Source of the DNA: Podarcis pityusensis
Taxonomy: Eukaryota
NCBI GenBank assembly: GCA_964106645.2
Contig: OZ078259.1
DNA: 64,000 nt
Reading direction: 5' to 3' (one strand)
Positions 24,286 to 36,765 of the stretch are shown here, in pieces. Position 1 is the stretch's first letter, and every line of letters starts with the position of its first letter. A model generated the notes under the pieces. The model had not been told where the DNA came from and did no database searches. It saw nothing but the letters and a program-made list of their open reading frames with translations. Position numbers and translations under genes: made by a program.

Positions 24286-26488
24286 AACAATTAGAAGCTA
24301 AGTTCTGTTAGTAAAGCTTTTTGAACATTTTTGGGGGGGACTGGAGCAATTTATTTCTAAACAAGAGCCAGTTTACAAAGAGAAAAACTTCTGCTCATAT
24401 TAATCTACAAATTCTTTCATCCTCCCCCTTCATCTCAGTTTTGCCTTTGTACAATTCAGCAGTGAGGAAGATCAGAACAAAGGCAAAATTAGTTCTGCCT
24501 ATCACTGGCTCCAGTTCCAGTAGCCATTTGCTCTGGTTCCACTTATTGTTGGTCTCCCTGTCTTCTGCCCTGCCAGACTCCACTGGAGAACCATTGTCAA
24601 TCAAAGTAGATATTGCTGAGGTAGATGGACAGCTAGTCTGACTTGGTATAAGGAAGCATCCTGTGTTCTGCCACAGAGGTAGGAAACACATGGTCTTCCA
24701 GATGTTGCCGGACTCTGGCTTCCACCAGCCTCATCCAATATAGCTGGCAGTCAGGGATGATGGAAGCTGTAGTTCAACAACCTCTCAAGAGCCTTAGGTT
24801 CCCCTCCTTGTCTTTGCTCTTGGCTTCTGTTGGAGAAGGATTGTTTTCAAGTGACTGCAAGCCTCCTCTGCAGCACTGAGTTCTGTCAACCACAATTGCA
24901 AATCTCAAACAAATCTGAAGTGTTCCTCCTGTTTTTAATTTAGATTTTTGAAAACAACATCTCTTATACATAAGCTGTAGGCTTCAGAACTCTTTGTCAT
25001 TCTGCTAAACTGTTAGGAACTAGGTCACACCCACAGCAAAAGGGAAAAGCAGAACAAGAGACGTTGGCATTAAGTGCCAGTGTATGTTCTTCACATTACC
25101 TTCCATTATTTATCTCCCTGCCTCTAGCAGCATGCCACTCTTCCACCTTGCCCTGGAGTAATTGATGTGGCAGAGTGATTAGAGATGGCGTGCTACATAA
25201 CATCTCCCATTATCATAACCAGGAGGGCATGAACAAACAATGTGCAATCTGTCTTTAATTGCTATTTTCTTAATGACAAAGACCATGGTCATTTATAACA
25301 TGCATTAACCATCCTAGGGAGCAGGTGCCACAGCTGTGCACTGTGCTGGTCTTTTCCCCGCAGAGGCAACATCTGGCACCAGGGGAACCAACCCAAATGA
25401 TGTTTGTGTCATCACTCACAAATATGTCATCGGAAAAATAATAATAAGTAGTTCCGTGAGGGAATGAAGTTCATTTTATGAATGTGTGGGTGAGGATCAC
25501 TGGCACGAGCTGTGAACGAGCTGTCAGAGCCTGAGCATTAATTAAATCCAAAGCAGGACGATTCACTAAGCAGCTAAATGCTTTCCTCCTTCTATTTTGG
25601 AAATCAATTACAGAAGTTTGTGATTGTTTTCATCAGCTAATGGAGTTAAATTAGAATTTGCTCCTAACTGCTTTGTCTCCCTGGTAAGTGAATGCAGATT
25701 CAAATTTCTCCTTGTTACTTCATTGTAATTGGGAGCTGTCCCATTGAAATTAATGGAGGTAATACACTGGGGGCTCATTCATTCAGGAGCACTGTTGCAG
25801 CTAAAACCCACATTTTTTTTTACCCTTTGGATTCGTCTGTGTTAGTCCACCCCTGGCCACGCTGAATTTGATCCCTTGGTTCAGATCTGCCATTTCCATT
25901 CTGCCAAGAACTGATCATGCACTGTAGGTGTAAGAGGCAGTTTTGTTAGGTGGCTGACTTGTGAGTGGTGCTGCCCACTTGTCCACACTGGCCCACCTGC
26001 CTGGTTGGGGGGGGGGGTGACTCAACAGGTTTAGCCCAAACCAAGCAGCATCAAGTTCTGTGTCCATCAGCTAGGAAGCACTGAGATGAATCCTGCTTTG
26101 TGTAGGGTTCGGACAGGTATTCTATTTTTGTTTAAGGTCAAATATACCACCATCAGCTGGCAAACAAAAGTAAAGCAAGCGCTGCCTGAAAAGCAAAAGG
26201 GAGAGAAAGCAAACTCAGGAGAGCAGTTACTACTTAGGAGATGAACCACCCATACCATAGCATTGCAACCCATACTGTAGCAATGTGATCTTCAACCCCT
26301 TGAAGCAGCAGCTTGAATTTGATATTCTTGTCCTCTTTGGGTTATCCAGGGATTAGAAAATCCAGATTGCTGCAGTAAAAATTGCAGGACACCAGTGAAG
26401 TGATGAGGATATCATACGGATGGACAATTAACAGAGACATAAGCAGTTCCAAATTTACATTTAAATCCAGTGTGGATGGGCCCTACAG

Positions 26489-26949
26489 CAGTGGCATAGC
26501 GTGGGGGGTGCAGGGGGGGGCAGCTGCACCGGGCGCAACATCTGGGGGGGGGGCGCGCTCGCACTCGCAGCTCTCTGCCCCTACCTGGCTCACTCACTCT
26601 CTCTCACTGCAGTGCTGGCTGTGCGAATCCAATCCGAGACGCTGGGTCGCCGCCCACTGTGGAGGGGGTGGGTGCCAGGCATGCGGTGCGGAGAGAGAGC
26701 GAGGGACTATCTGGGGGAGGGACAGTGCAGCGGCTGCCCAGCGCAGCGCTGAGCGCGGGAGAGAACCACACCAGACCAGACCAGGCAGCAGCAAGAAGAA
26801 GCTGGCAGCGGCGGCAGGTTAGGGGTTGGGGGCGCAAATTACTTGCCTTGCCCTGGGTTAGGGGGCGCAAATTACTTGCCTTGCCCTGGGTTAGGGGGCG
26901 CAAATTACTTGCCTTGCCCCGGGTGCTGACAACCCACGCTACGCCGTTG
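26489..26949. mobile_element. Young hAT MITE with an internal 33-bp tandem array
   Basis: TIR cagtggcatagcgtggg / cccacgctacgccgttg; 8-bp TSD ccctacag (26481-26488, 26950-26957); CpG-rich. Confidence 0.9.
26828..26923. repeat. About 3 copies of a 33-bp unit gggggcgcaaattacttgccttgccctgggtta
   Basis: Read directly. Confidence 0.9.
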
Positions 26950-26957
26950 CCCTACAG

Positions 26958-27322
26958 CATGGGTGTGGGGGGCATTTTCAGTCAGAGGGTCACATTTCCT
27001 TGTGGGAAACTTTCCAGGGGCCACACACTAGCTGTGGGTGTTTGGTCAGAGGCAAAGTATTGGTGGGGCAATATATTTTCCAGTAGGCTACATTTCAGCC
27101 ACACATAAACCAAAGGTTTCTACACATATGCCACAATACAGAGATCTCACCAACCTCTATCCACTATCACAGCTCAAGGACATATTCTAGCTAGGCGAAA
27201 GCACTTGCGGAGCAAGTGGCGCAGGCCTAATGAGGGTGTGTGTCCTGGGGAGAGTACAGAGGGCCCAATACAGCAGCATGGAGGGCCACATTTGGCCCCT
27301 GGGCCTAAGGTTCCCTGCTACT
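26958..27322. mobile_element. Old hAT-like element
   Basis: ttttcagtcagagggtcacatt...ttcagccacaca shared with 31410-31750. Confidence 0.5.
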
Positions 27323-29229
27323 GCACTGGAGACTCTTATTTCCTGTTAAGTAGGACTGTACACCTTCCCTTTCCTCCTCAGCTTTAAACTCTAAGTTATA
27401 GACATGTTCACTTTGATACTGTCGGCTGGAATTGCTTGCTATCAAGCCTTTTAGCTGCCTAGTTGGATCCATTTATTTTTAATGTAAAAGACATATAGGC
27501 AATTTAGAGCCAACAGTAATGGAAATGTATTATAAATGTCAGAGGTTTTGAGTTAGAGCACCGTTATAAAACTTTATGTACACACTTTATACACACGCAG
27601 CTCCTTCCTGAGTTGTAACAAAAAGGCCTGGTTAACATTATTTCTTACATCTTTACTCTCCTGATTAACCACCTTCCTCCTTAATATCTCATCCATCCTT
27701 GATTTCACCCAGTTTGGGCACCAGCCATGTATGCATTAATGATTAGTGCTAACCACAAACAGGGACGTTTTTCAGTGTATGTTTCTCTCAAGTGAAATCT
27801 GCCCCTCACTATTTCAGTGATTCCACTGTGGAAGTTTATGACAGTAGGAAGGGCACCCTTCCAGGAGACAATCAAGCTGTGTCTGGCCTATTTTAGTCAT
27901 TCAGGTAGATACTCCATAGTTTGTCTCCTCAGAGCCCTGATTGGTAAAAGCTTTGACACAATTTCTCCCCTTCAGTCGTACTTATTCCTAGTAATGGTAA
28001 TATTATCATGTCACATAACCATGTACTGAGCTCAAAGGAAGCCAAATCAGACTGAGGGCAATGTTTTTTTTTGAAAAGGCACTGCCCTCCCTCTAAATTA
28101 ACTTAGTTTCCATCAGCGATGTCACCACATAACCAAACCTGGTTCCTATAGGCCTCTGGTTGAGCACTGTAAACAGGGGTACTAGGCTAGATGGGCCTTT
28201 GGTCTGATCCAGCTGGGCTCTCATGTTCTTATTAGCTGGTCATGTGTGGGCTGAATTTTGATTGGCTTAAGATTGCAGAACCCCGTTACCCCATTCCCCA
28301 CGCTATGAAATTGGTGGAGTTTTAGCAATTAGTGCTTGGGGAAAGCATTGGTATCCTGTAGTATAATAGCTTTCTCAGGAAAGTTTGGAGGGATGATTTC
28401 TTCAGGCACCCCTTTCTGGGACAGGTTATCCCTGTCCTTCTGATGTGGTGATGCAAATAAGGTCATGATTCCAAGGATTTATAGACCTTAAAAAAATCCT
28501 CTCTGGAGATCTATCTCTGTCTAGGAAAATAATGTCAATGTATCATTTGCTGATTTGTGTCTCCTGTTTGAATCCTCAGTTACTTGAGCACCCAATTGCT
28601 TGATGTTGCGTATACAGCCTCTCTCAATCCTTCTTCTGTTGTAAACATGGGCAACTGAGATGCTGCATCAAGTGCTCGCATCTGAGATGCTTCACACATT
28701 AAAACTGATGGCTATTCCGTATTCAGACCTCATTTCCAGTGCTGAAATATTGATTAGACTGAACTATCCTATCCAGAGCTCATACATTTTGTGCTGATAC
28801 AGGATATTTCTTAATCCCTTTCACTGGTTATTTGTGTTATGTAGATGCTAATGAAAGTGTGCACAAAGACAAACTACACCGGGAGTAGCCAATGAAGTGC
28901 ATTCTAGATATTGCAACTTCCATCAACCCCAGACAACCATGCCAATGATTAGGGATGATGGGAGTTATGAGCCAACAACATCTCAAGGGCACCATGTTGG
29001 CTGCCCCTGAACTAGACCATGTCTATAGGAAGACGTGTGGTTATAGAGGAGTAGCATGATGCAATTAAACATCCCTTGGTTTATCAATATCCTTTAGTAA
29101 GGCAGTTCATACACAGTTAATAATTGGAGATATCAGAGACCCTCTAACCATTAAAATAAACCACATTTTCAGTAGCAGAATATTAGAATTTTATTGAAAT
29201 TGCAACAACCATCACCATTAGTCATAGTG

Positions 29230-29580
29230 TATTTAGATATCTTACTCATCATTCATGATAAAGTCCTAGTGCAGGTTCCAGCAATGTAAAAATTTACAAG
29301 TGCAGCACATATCTCAGATGGCAAAGAACAGGGTCAGGAGATCTGTCTTCAGCACATTATGAAGCTTGTATAATGAAGGTGCCAGATGCACATCTATGGA
29401 GAGGGAATTCTACAATTCTACCAGCTGTGACAGAGAACACTCTCTCCTGGGCCACCCCACCAAACCTCTGAGGGCAAGGGAACTAGCAAGAGGACCATCT
29501 CTACTGATCTTAACTTCTGAGGCAGTCTATAGGGAAGAAGATAGTCTTTCAGATATTTGGGACCAAAGAATGTGGCCTGC
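29230..29580 (-). mobile_element. Old L2 3' fragment
   Basis: Minus strand FGPKYLKDYLLPYRLPQKLRS, L2 ORF2 C-terminus-like. Confidence 0.6.
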
Positions 29581-30102
29581 TCTGAATAATCCTGGTGCAG
29601 GGGCAAATGAGGCAAAGGGTGGCTAGGTCAGGGTGCTTATTAATTTGAAGCTGATAGCCTTTTTTGTGTGAACATAAGTTGGCACAAGCTGGCATATGGA
29701 CCCTTGAGTCAGATGCATGGAAACTTAGGGAGTATTGAAGTGCAAAAGTCCTGCAATTTTGTGAGTTAAGGGGGCTACAAATGGATTATTTCCAGAATCT
29801 CAGAAGACATAAATGAGCAATTCATACGTACTATATTACATTAGTTTTCCAGAAGTGGCTTTTACATTGTGTGAAAGCTCAAATATTGTGCACAGGAAAT
29901 TGTCAGGGAAACAGAATAAAATGCCATGTGAATATAGCCAAAGAATAACTTCATAAACTGCATGCATTTTGGAACAAGGGCTCCCAGCATCCATCACCTC
30001 ACACATATTGAGAAGAGAGACATTAATTTGCACCCAACTGAGGTTATAGGAATGTGGCTGTAATTGTGCTGATAAAGCGTGTTCTCCTTCATGGAGAGCA
30101 CG

Positions 30103-30908
30103 TGTTGCGGTGGGGGCTGCCAGGACACTCCAAAGTTGGGGGCGGACTAATTGTTCGTTGGCCACTGATGCGATTGGGGCTTCCCTTGTTGTTGGGAAGA
30201 AGTTAATGTTGCCATTTGTTGATTGACAGCCAGAAATGCTAAAACTCCTTGCACGAGGCTAGGGCTTCCTCTTTTCGACCGTGCATCGGATTGCCCGTCC
30301 CCCCCTCCCTAGAATTAGGGTTGTTCGCTTTGACCTTGCTATGCCTGTCATGGGGTCGTCTGCCGTTGGGGCAGGGGCCTGGTAGGAATTTTGTCCATCT
30401 GGCTGATTGGCTGGGGCCATTTGGTTTTTTGCCTACTGCATAGCAAATCATCACAACTTGTAAGGTTGCGGTTAGGCATTGGTTTATGGTTTGGTTGGTT
30501 GAGGGGAAGTGGTTGAGTGCCTGCCCTTGGTAGGTTGAGTGCCTGCCCCTCTAATGCTGCTGCTGCAAGGGATTCCGTTAAAGGAATTGGGGGCTAACTA
30601 TTGCTTGTCCACTCTGTCAAGGGGGCTCGGGCTATAGCAATGAGCTCCTGGTTGCATTTGGGGTGAGGGCAGGTTCCCTGCTCCGCGTAACCCCCAAGTG
30701 TATTCCCCTATTCTGACTTTCGCATCGTGCAGAATGTCAGTCTGTCCCCCATGGTGGGGGCAGATAGTCGCAACCAATGCCTAAGCAACCACTCACAAAT
30801 TTGTATTTCAATAAAGTTGTGGCCAAAATTATGCCAAAAATCTTAAACAAAAAATTCTGTGTGATGTGTGAGTTATTGGGGTGGCCCTGGGGACCTCGAC
30901 ACGCAACA
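30103..30908 (+). mobile_element. Non-autonomous DIRS/Ngaro-like repeat, copy 1
   Basis: tgttgcg...cgcaaca ends, no TSD, aataaagttgtggcc motif, homology to copies 2 and 3. Confidence 0.65.
30381..30437 (+). other. ENE-like U-rich internal-loop RNA structure
   Basis: GGUAGG-AAUUUUGU-CCA...UGG-UUUUUUG-CCUACU. Confidence 0.55.
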
Positions 30909-32147
30909 TAATAGCAGTGGGTCAATTCTAATCATGAACAGCTCTGGAAATTACATTTATTGCACAGAAATCATAGGTTATACCCTATTTCTTTGTAAAT
31001 GCTTGATTTCCAAGGGTTTGTATATTAATTTTGTTCATATCCTTATCCACTCAAGCTTTGCAATTAAAAAAGTGGTTCAAATGAGTAGGTAATATTCTCA
31101 AGTCAACATGTCATCTGCAGCAAAGAAAATCAAGTTTGCATTTGTTGATTAGATAACAGGTCAACCATACCATGATAATAGCATAATTACAATTGTGTCA
31201 TCAGCAGAGTGTGTGATTTGTAGTGTAAAAGGAATGGAAGACTTCAAAGTCCAGCATGATCAAAACTGAATGATTTAATTCATGGCACCAGTGATGCATA
31301 TGTTACTCAACATGCAGTAAAGTCCCACTATTTGTCATGAAACTTAAACTAAGTTCTGCTCCAGGAATTGAGTTACAATGAGCATTATGTTCAGCCTCAT
31401 GGTCTAAATCAGGGGTGGGGAGCCTTTTTCAGCTTGAGGGGCACTTTCCACCTAGGGAAACCTTACAGTGGCAGCAAGCCAATAATGGGTGGGGTATGGG
31501 GGAAGTGGGTGGAGCAATGAATGCAACTCTTTCCTTTATATAACAGGTTACATACATTCCAGCCACACAAATGTCTGAGGCTTCTATCTCTCAATAAAAG
31601 CAAGCAAGAGGTATCATGGTAGTTGAAGGACACATCCCAGTCTGGCGAAAATACTCAAGGAGGGTGCAGAGCAGATTCTAAGGGCAAAGAGGCTCTTGTA
31701 ACTGGGGATGCATCAAATGGCATGGGGCCAAGAAGCACCTTCCCTCATACAATAGTAATCATGGAACCATATGAAGACATAGCAGTGCAAGTGGCTTACA
31801 TGAATAATTGAACCCTGCAACCTTAAGCTCCCAGCTTCAAGATTTTGCCCTTCAGTGCTTGGAGGATAGCAAGATTCAGCAACAGGGACAAAGCAAAGTA
31901 GGTAGGGCCAGTCAGTGTGGCCCTGTTCCACATTTCCATGCATTGGACATTGAATTCCTGAATAGGGGTTTTGTGACCTTCCATTTGGGATCTGGAACAT
32001 CAGGATGTTAATTATCCAATAACATAGGGAGTAACACAGGAAGCTTATGCTGAATCAAAGTATTGGGCCACCTAGCTAAGTATGATCCACACTGACTGTG
32101 GCTCTCCAGAGCTTCAAATACAGGTCATTCCAAGCCCTGCATTCCAA

Positions 32148-32360
32148 GCCAGTGTGACGTAATGGTTAGAGTGTTAGACTCGGAACCCCACTCAGCCATG
32201 AAGCTCACTGGGTGACCTTGGGACAGTCACTGTCTCTTAGCTTACCTACCTCACAAGGTTGTTGTGAGGATGAAATGGGGAGGAGGAGAACCAGGTGACC
32301 ACCTTGAGCTCCTTGGAAGATAAAGGTGGTCTATAAATGTAATAAATAAATAAATAAATG
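32148..32360 (+). mobile_element. MIR/CORE-like tRNA SINE (Squam3-like)
   Basis: gccagtgtgacgtaatggttagag...gggtgaccttgggacagtcac...(taaa)n. Confidence 0.75.
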
Positions 32361-32410
32361 ATGATTATGTTGTAAACCACCCTGTTATCTTCGGATAAAG
32401 GGCAGTATAG

Positions 32411-32452
32411 AAAACAAACAAACAAACAAACAAACAAACAAACAAACAAACA
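32411..32452. repeat. (AAAC)n microsatellite at the end of an L2-type tail
   Basis: Read directly. Confidence 0.9.
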
Positions 32453-34031
32453 AATAAACAGGATTGGACCTGAGACTTTCTGCATGCAAAATGATTACTT
32501 ACCCACGAGGTACAGTTCTTCCCACATCTATAGTCCAAACAAATAAATGGATGTTCTCTTAAAGCATCATCAGACAAGTGGTGATTTAATAGCACCCAGT
32601 GCAATTTATCATTTCAAATGCCTTTTTAAAAATTCTACCAGTGTCCCAGACCCAAGGTCAAACTTTTGGGAAACAAATGCAGTGATAACACACTATGCAA
32701 CATTTCTTTTTGCTGAGCTCATTTCATATGTAGTGCATGAAGGGAAAGACACAGGCAATGTGCTTGTTTTCAAACTGGTCAGCCTCTGTAAAACTGTGAT
32801 CTAAAAGAACACCATCATGACACCATGAACAAATTCAACACTACATATCCCAAAGACAAACAGGCAGTGAGCATTCCTGGTCTTAGGGCTCAGTCTCAAG
32901 AAAGGGACGTGCTCCTGGTGTTCCACAATGTCAGCAGAACAGCAATCCTGAAAGGCCTTTGGCACTACAGCAAAACATCTTGAAGGGTGAGATGTGCTGT
33001 GTGGTTTATTGTTAATTCTTTTTGCAGTTCTTTCCCACCAAATTCTGAAACAAAGACTTTGACACATGCTCTCACATCCCTTGTAAATATGATTTTGCAA
33101 GGCCTGGATGTCACAAAATGAGATGTGCTTGCTGTTCAGCTGTCCTCATTTCACAACTCACTGTTATTGAGCTGTGTGAAGAAGAGAAAGAAGAGTGTCG
33201 AGGCATCTGATGTTGTTGAAGCAGAGCTCAAGAGATGGCCGTGGCATGAAAATTTATACCCAAACTAGAAATCGTGTACTGCTGATTAACAACAATGTTG
33301 ATTTGAGGCAGGTTCCAGGTAGGTAGCTGCGTTAGTCTATTGCGGTAAGAATAGCAAAGAATCTTGGAACCCCTTAAAGACTCAGAATTTTATAGTGGCA
33401 TTAGCCTTCATTGGCCTGACGCCACTTTGGCTGATGCATAAAGGGGACACATTGAGTAAAGATATATAATGATGGCCCCAGGCAAGCCTTCCTGGTGAGA
33501 GCATTGCACAAGCAGGAAGCCACCGTAGAAAAGGCTCATTCTTGTTTGGCCACCCTCTGGATCTCTTGTGGAGGAAACAAAGAAAGAAGAGCCTCAGGTG
33601 AAGATCACAGGGTTTGGGTCAGTTCATATAATGACATTAGACGACTTACAAGTGGTTAACCCTGCCCACCTATCAAAGCTGGTCTGTAGGATGGGAAGAA
33701 AAGATCTGGCCCACCAGGCCAAAAACATTCTCCACTCTTGTTTTTGTTTTTATCAAGCTAGAATTCCTAAGGAATTTGTGCATTGGTGAATTTTGTATGA
33801 TTGTTCCCAATATCCAAAGGTTCCAAGGAACAGACATTTCATTTGTGCAACATCCAAGTCTTCATGTATTTCAAAATTATTGATGAAATGATGCTATGTA
33901 ATGGAAGGAGGAGACGAAGAAGAAGAAGAAGAAGGTGAAGAAGAGATTACACTGTTATTCTATCTCATTACTGATGTTACAATGGTGTGCCCACTTCTGA
34001 GTGATGGTGATATTCAAGTCCAGCATAACCT

Positions 34032-34238
34032 CGGTCACATTCATACCATATATTTCAAGCATGCTTATACAATTGTAACAGTCATGGCCTGCCCCCAGAG
34101 AATCCTGGGAACTGGCAGTTGTAGTTCTTAGCAGATCTCCAAACCCTTAACAAACTACAGTTCCCAGACTTCTTTGGAGGCAGGCCATGACTTTTAAGGT
34201 GGTATAAGACTATTTTAAATGTAATGTGTGGGTGTGAC
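34032..34238. mobile_element. Palindromic MITE (possibly Harbinger-like)
   Basis: agtcatggcctgcccccagagaatcctgggaac / gttcccagacttctttggaggcaggccatgact; relatives at 42155, 44295-45450 and 53755. Confidence 0.65.
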
Positions 34239-34944
34239 ATTTGCTATACGTTGACTGGTTTATTGGAATTCTAGGCAGTTAGGCTCTAACAACTCACTCA
34301 GAATTCTGGTACAAGAGTGAAAGCCACAGTATATTTCTAGTGCTCCTATTAGGAGCCCCATGTTACCTCCAGGCAGTGTTTCAGATTGAATTTAAGAGAC
34401 CTCTTGTTCCATTTAGGTCTATCTGTGACCTTGACCTTGCTTCAGTATATCAGAGACCTGGAGGCGCCATGTGCTTCCAGAGAAGCCTTTGTAGTACAGT
34501 TCTGAGGTTTACAGATTTCCCTCCTTTTAAGGCAGGCATTCTCAGACTTTATCATGCAAAGCATGTGTGCGCAATGAACAGGCACACCAGCACCACATAA
34601 TCCATATTTATAAGATGGATCAACAGCAAATGCGGATTTTTTTCTGTACAATATTAAGGCAATAGAGCTGGATAACATAGCTCAAGTAGCTTCTAAAAAC
34701 AGGGGAGATGCCCATTGCTACTGCTTGTAAGTGGTGCAAAACAGAAAGAAAAAGAAGAAGAAAGAAAATGCTGCTGCTAAGGATTATGCATCAGTTAGTT
34801 TTAGTTTCTCATTTTCCCAACTTTAAGTTCAGTTCTCCACACTAGCTTGCAATTTTTAAATGAAAAATTCGTCAGCATCTTAGAATTTGATGTATGCAGT
34901 TCTGCCAAATATACACATTTTTGCAAAACAATCTTCTTTAATAA

Positions 34945-35330
34945 TTTTATTTATTTATTATATTTGTATACCGCCCTTCATCTGAAGATCACAGGGTAGT
35001 TTACAATATAAAAACACAACAAAGCTCAATGGGGCCAAAGAATACTCCCCAAGCATCACCCTCTGGAAATGACCACCCAGGTGGGACTGGAACCACCACA
35101 AAGTAGAGCCACCCTCCCCTAACTTGGACAGACACTCCAGAGGTATACCATCATAGATGGCATTGAAGCCTGCTAAGAAGTCAAAGGAGAATTTACAGGG
35201 ACACATTTTCCCTGTCTCTCTCCTGACACAAGTAATCATACAGGGAGACCTAAGCAGTTTCTGTGTGAAAACAGGGCAAAACCCTAATTGAAATGGATCT
35301 AGAAAATCAGTTTCCTCTAAGAGCGCCTGG
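34945..35330 (-). mobile_element. L2 LINE RT fragment joined directly to its 3' tail
   Basis: Encodes LEETDFLDPFQLGF...WFQSHLGGHFQRVMLG, then the tail gaagggcggtatacaaat(aata)n. Confidence 0.75.
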
Positions 35331-36281
35331 ATAAAAAAATGCATTTTTGTATTCTAACTAATTTTATATGCACACTTTCTCCAAGTACATTAATTTCTGT
35401 ACACATTACAGCAATATGGGCAACTGCACTGCAAAATTCATTGAAGTGTGGATTTTGAAGACTGGGTGTATTTTTTTGTTCATTAAATTTCTCCCTTAAT
35501 CCCAAGGAGGCCTTGGCTTTAAGGGCAAAATAAATACCTTGTTTCTCTGATCCATTTTATTGCACTCTTTTCATAAAGGGAGAAGAAGAGATCCACTGGT
35601 TTTATGTACTGTATTTGGTATAAAATCCATTTGGCCATTTGTTTCTTAGCCTCCCCTCAACCTTCAGTGCTGCATGTCAGATCCCAGATGGCCCAGATGA
35701 CTACCTACCTAGTAGTCTTCAAAGAGAGTCAGAGCATCACTATTCTGATGTCCCTTAATGAAGTAGTAACCACGCTGAACGCACTCTTGTGCCAGGAAGC
35801 AAGCTTATACATGTTTGCTATGTTCAGTAGCACTTACTCCCAAGTAAGCATGTAGTTAGGGATGGAGGAGAAATTCAATTCACATTTGATGACAAACGTA
35901 TTTAATTTGTACTTTTTGGAACAAGATGTGAACTGAAATAAAGCAGTTCTTCAAAAGTCACATTTATCTGAATTTTGCAGCATGGTTCTTTAGCCATGTA
36001 ATGTGTGCTAAAGTGCATACTAGGATAATGTACGGGCAACTCCTATTTTGCACACATTCAAAGATCTTGCGACCATGTATACATGCATCGCTACAACCTG
36101 AAAGTGGCAGGAAAAGGAGTCGGAACAGGGGTGCAGTGGAGACAGAATGGGCTTCCACGTGCTCCGCCGATGTATGTGGGGGTCAGGAATGCAAACCCCA
36201 TGTAAAACAGTCATTCTCTGTATGCATACAAATGCATATATTAGTCAAAATAATATACAAAAATATGTTGTTTTAGGGATA

Positions 36282-36765
36282 AAGTGGTACCTCCAGTTAC
36301 AAACGCTTTGGGTTACAAACGCTTCAGATTACAGACTCCACTAACCTGGAAGTAGTACCTCAGGTTAAGAACTTTACTTCAGGATGAGAACAGAAATCGC
36401 GGGGTGGCGGCGGGGTGGCGGCGGGGCAGCGGGAGGCCTCATTAACTAAAGTGGTATCTCAGGTTAAGAACAGTTTCAGGTTAAGAACAGACCTCCAGAA
36501 CGAATTAAGTTCTTAACCAGAGGTACCATTGTACAGTGGTACCTTGGGTTACAGACGCTTCAGGTTATAGACGCTTCAGGTTACAGACTCTGTTAACCCA
36601 GAAATAGTACCTCGGGTTAAGAACTTTGCTCCAGAATGAGAACAGAAATCATGCGGTGGTTGCGCAGCAGCAGCGGGAGGCCCCATTAGCTAAAGTGGTA
36701 CCTCAGGTTAAGAACAGTTTCAGGTTAAGAATGGACCTCCAGAACGAATTAAGTTCTTAACCAGA
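36282..36765 (+). mobile_element. Head-to-tail dimer of CAGTGGTACCTC MITEs
   Basis: Copy A 36282-36531, shared TA at 36532-36533, copy B from 36534 lacking its last TIR bases. Confidence 0.85.

Noticed and set aside
26828-26923. CRISPR-like repeats
   Set aside because: Units are contiguous with no spacers, the DNA is eukaryotic and there are no cas genes.
26382-27108. Overlapping 100-150 aa ORFs and a CpG-island-like patch
   Set aside because: Explained by the GC-rich hAT MITE and its 33-bp array.
28590-28720. Minus-strand protein-like stretch RALDAASQLPMFTTEEGLREAVYATSSNWVLK
   Set aside because: Short, with no clear splice sites or recognisable homology.
30103-30908. Conventional TG...CA solo LTR reading of copy 1
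   Set aside because: No TSD, and the two homologous copies do not end in TG/CA; the shared termini are TTGC...(G)CAA.
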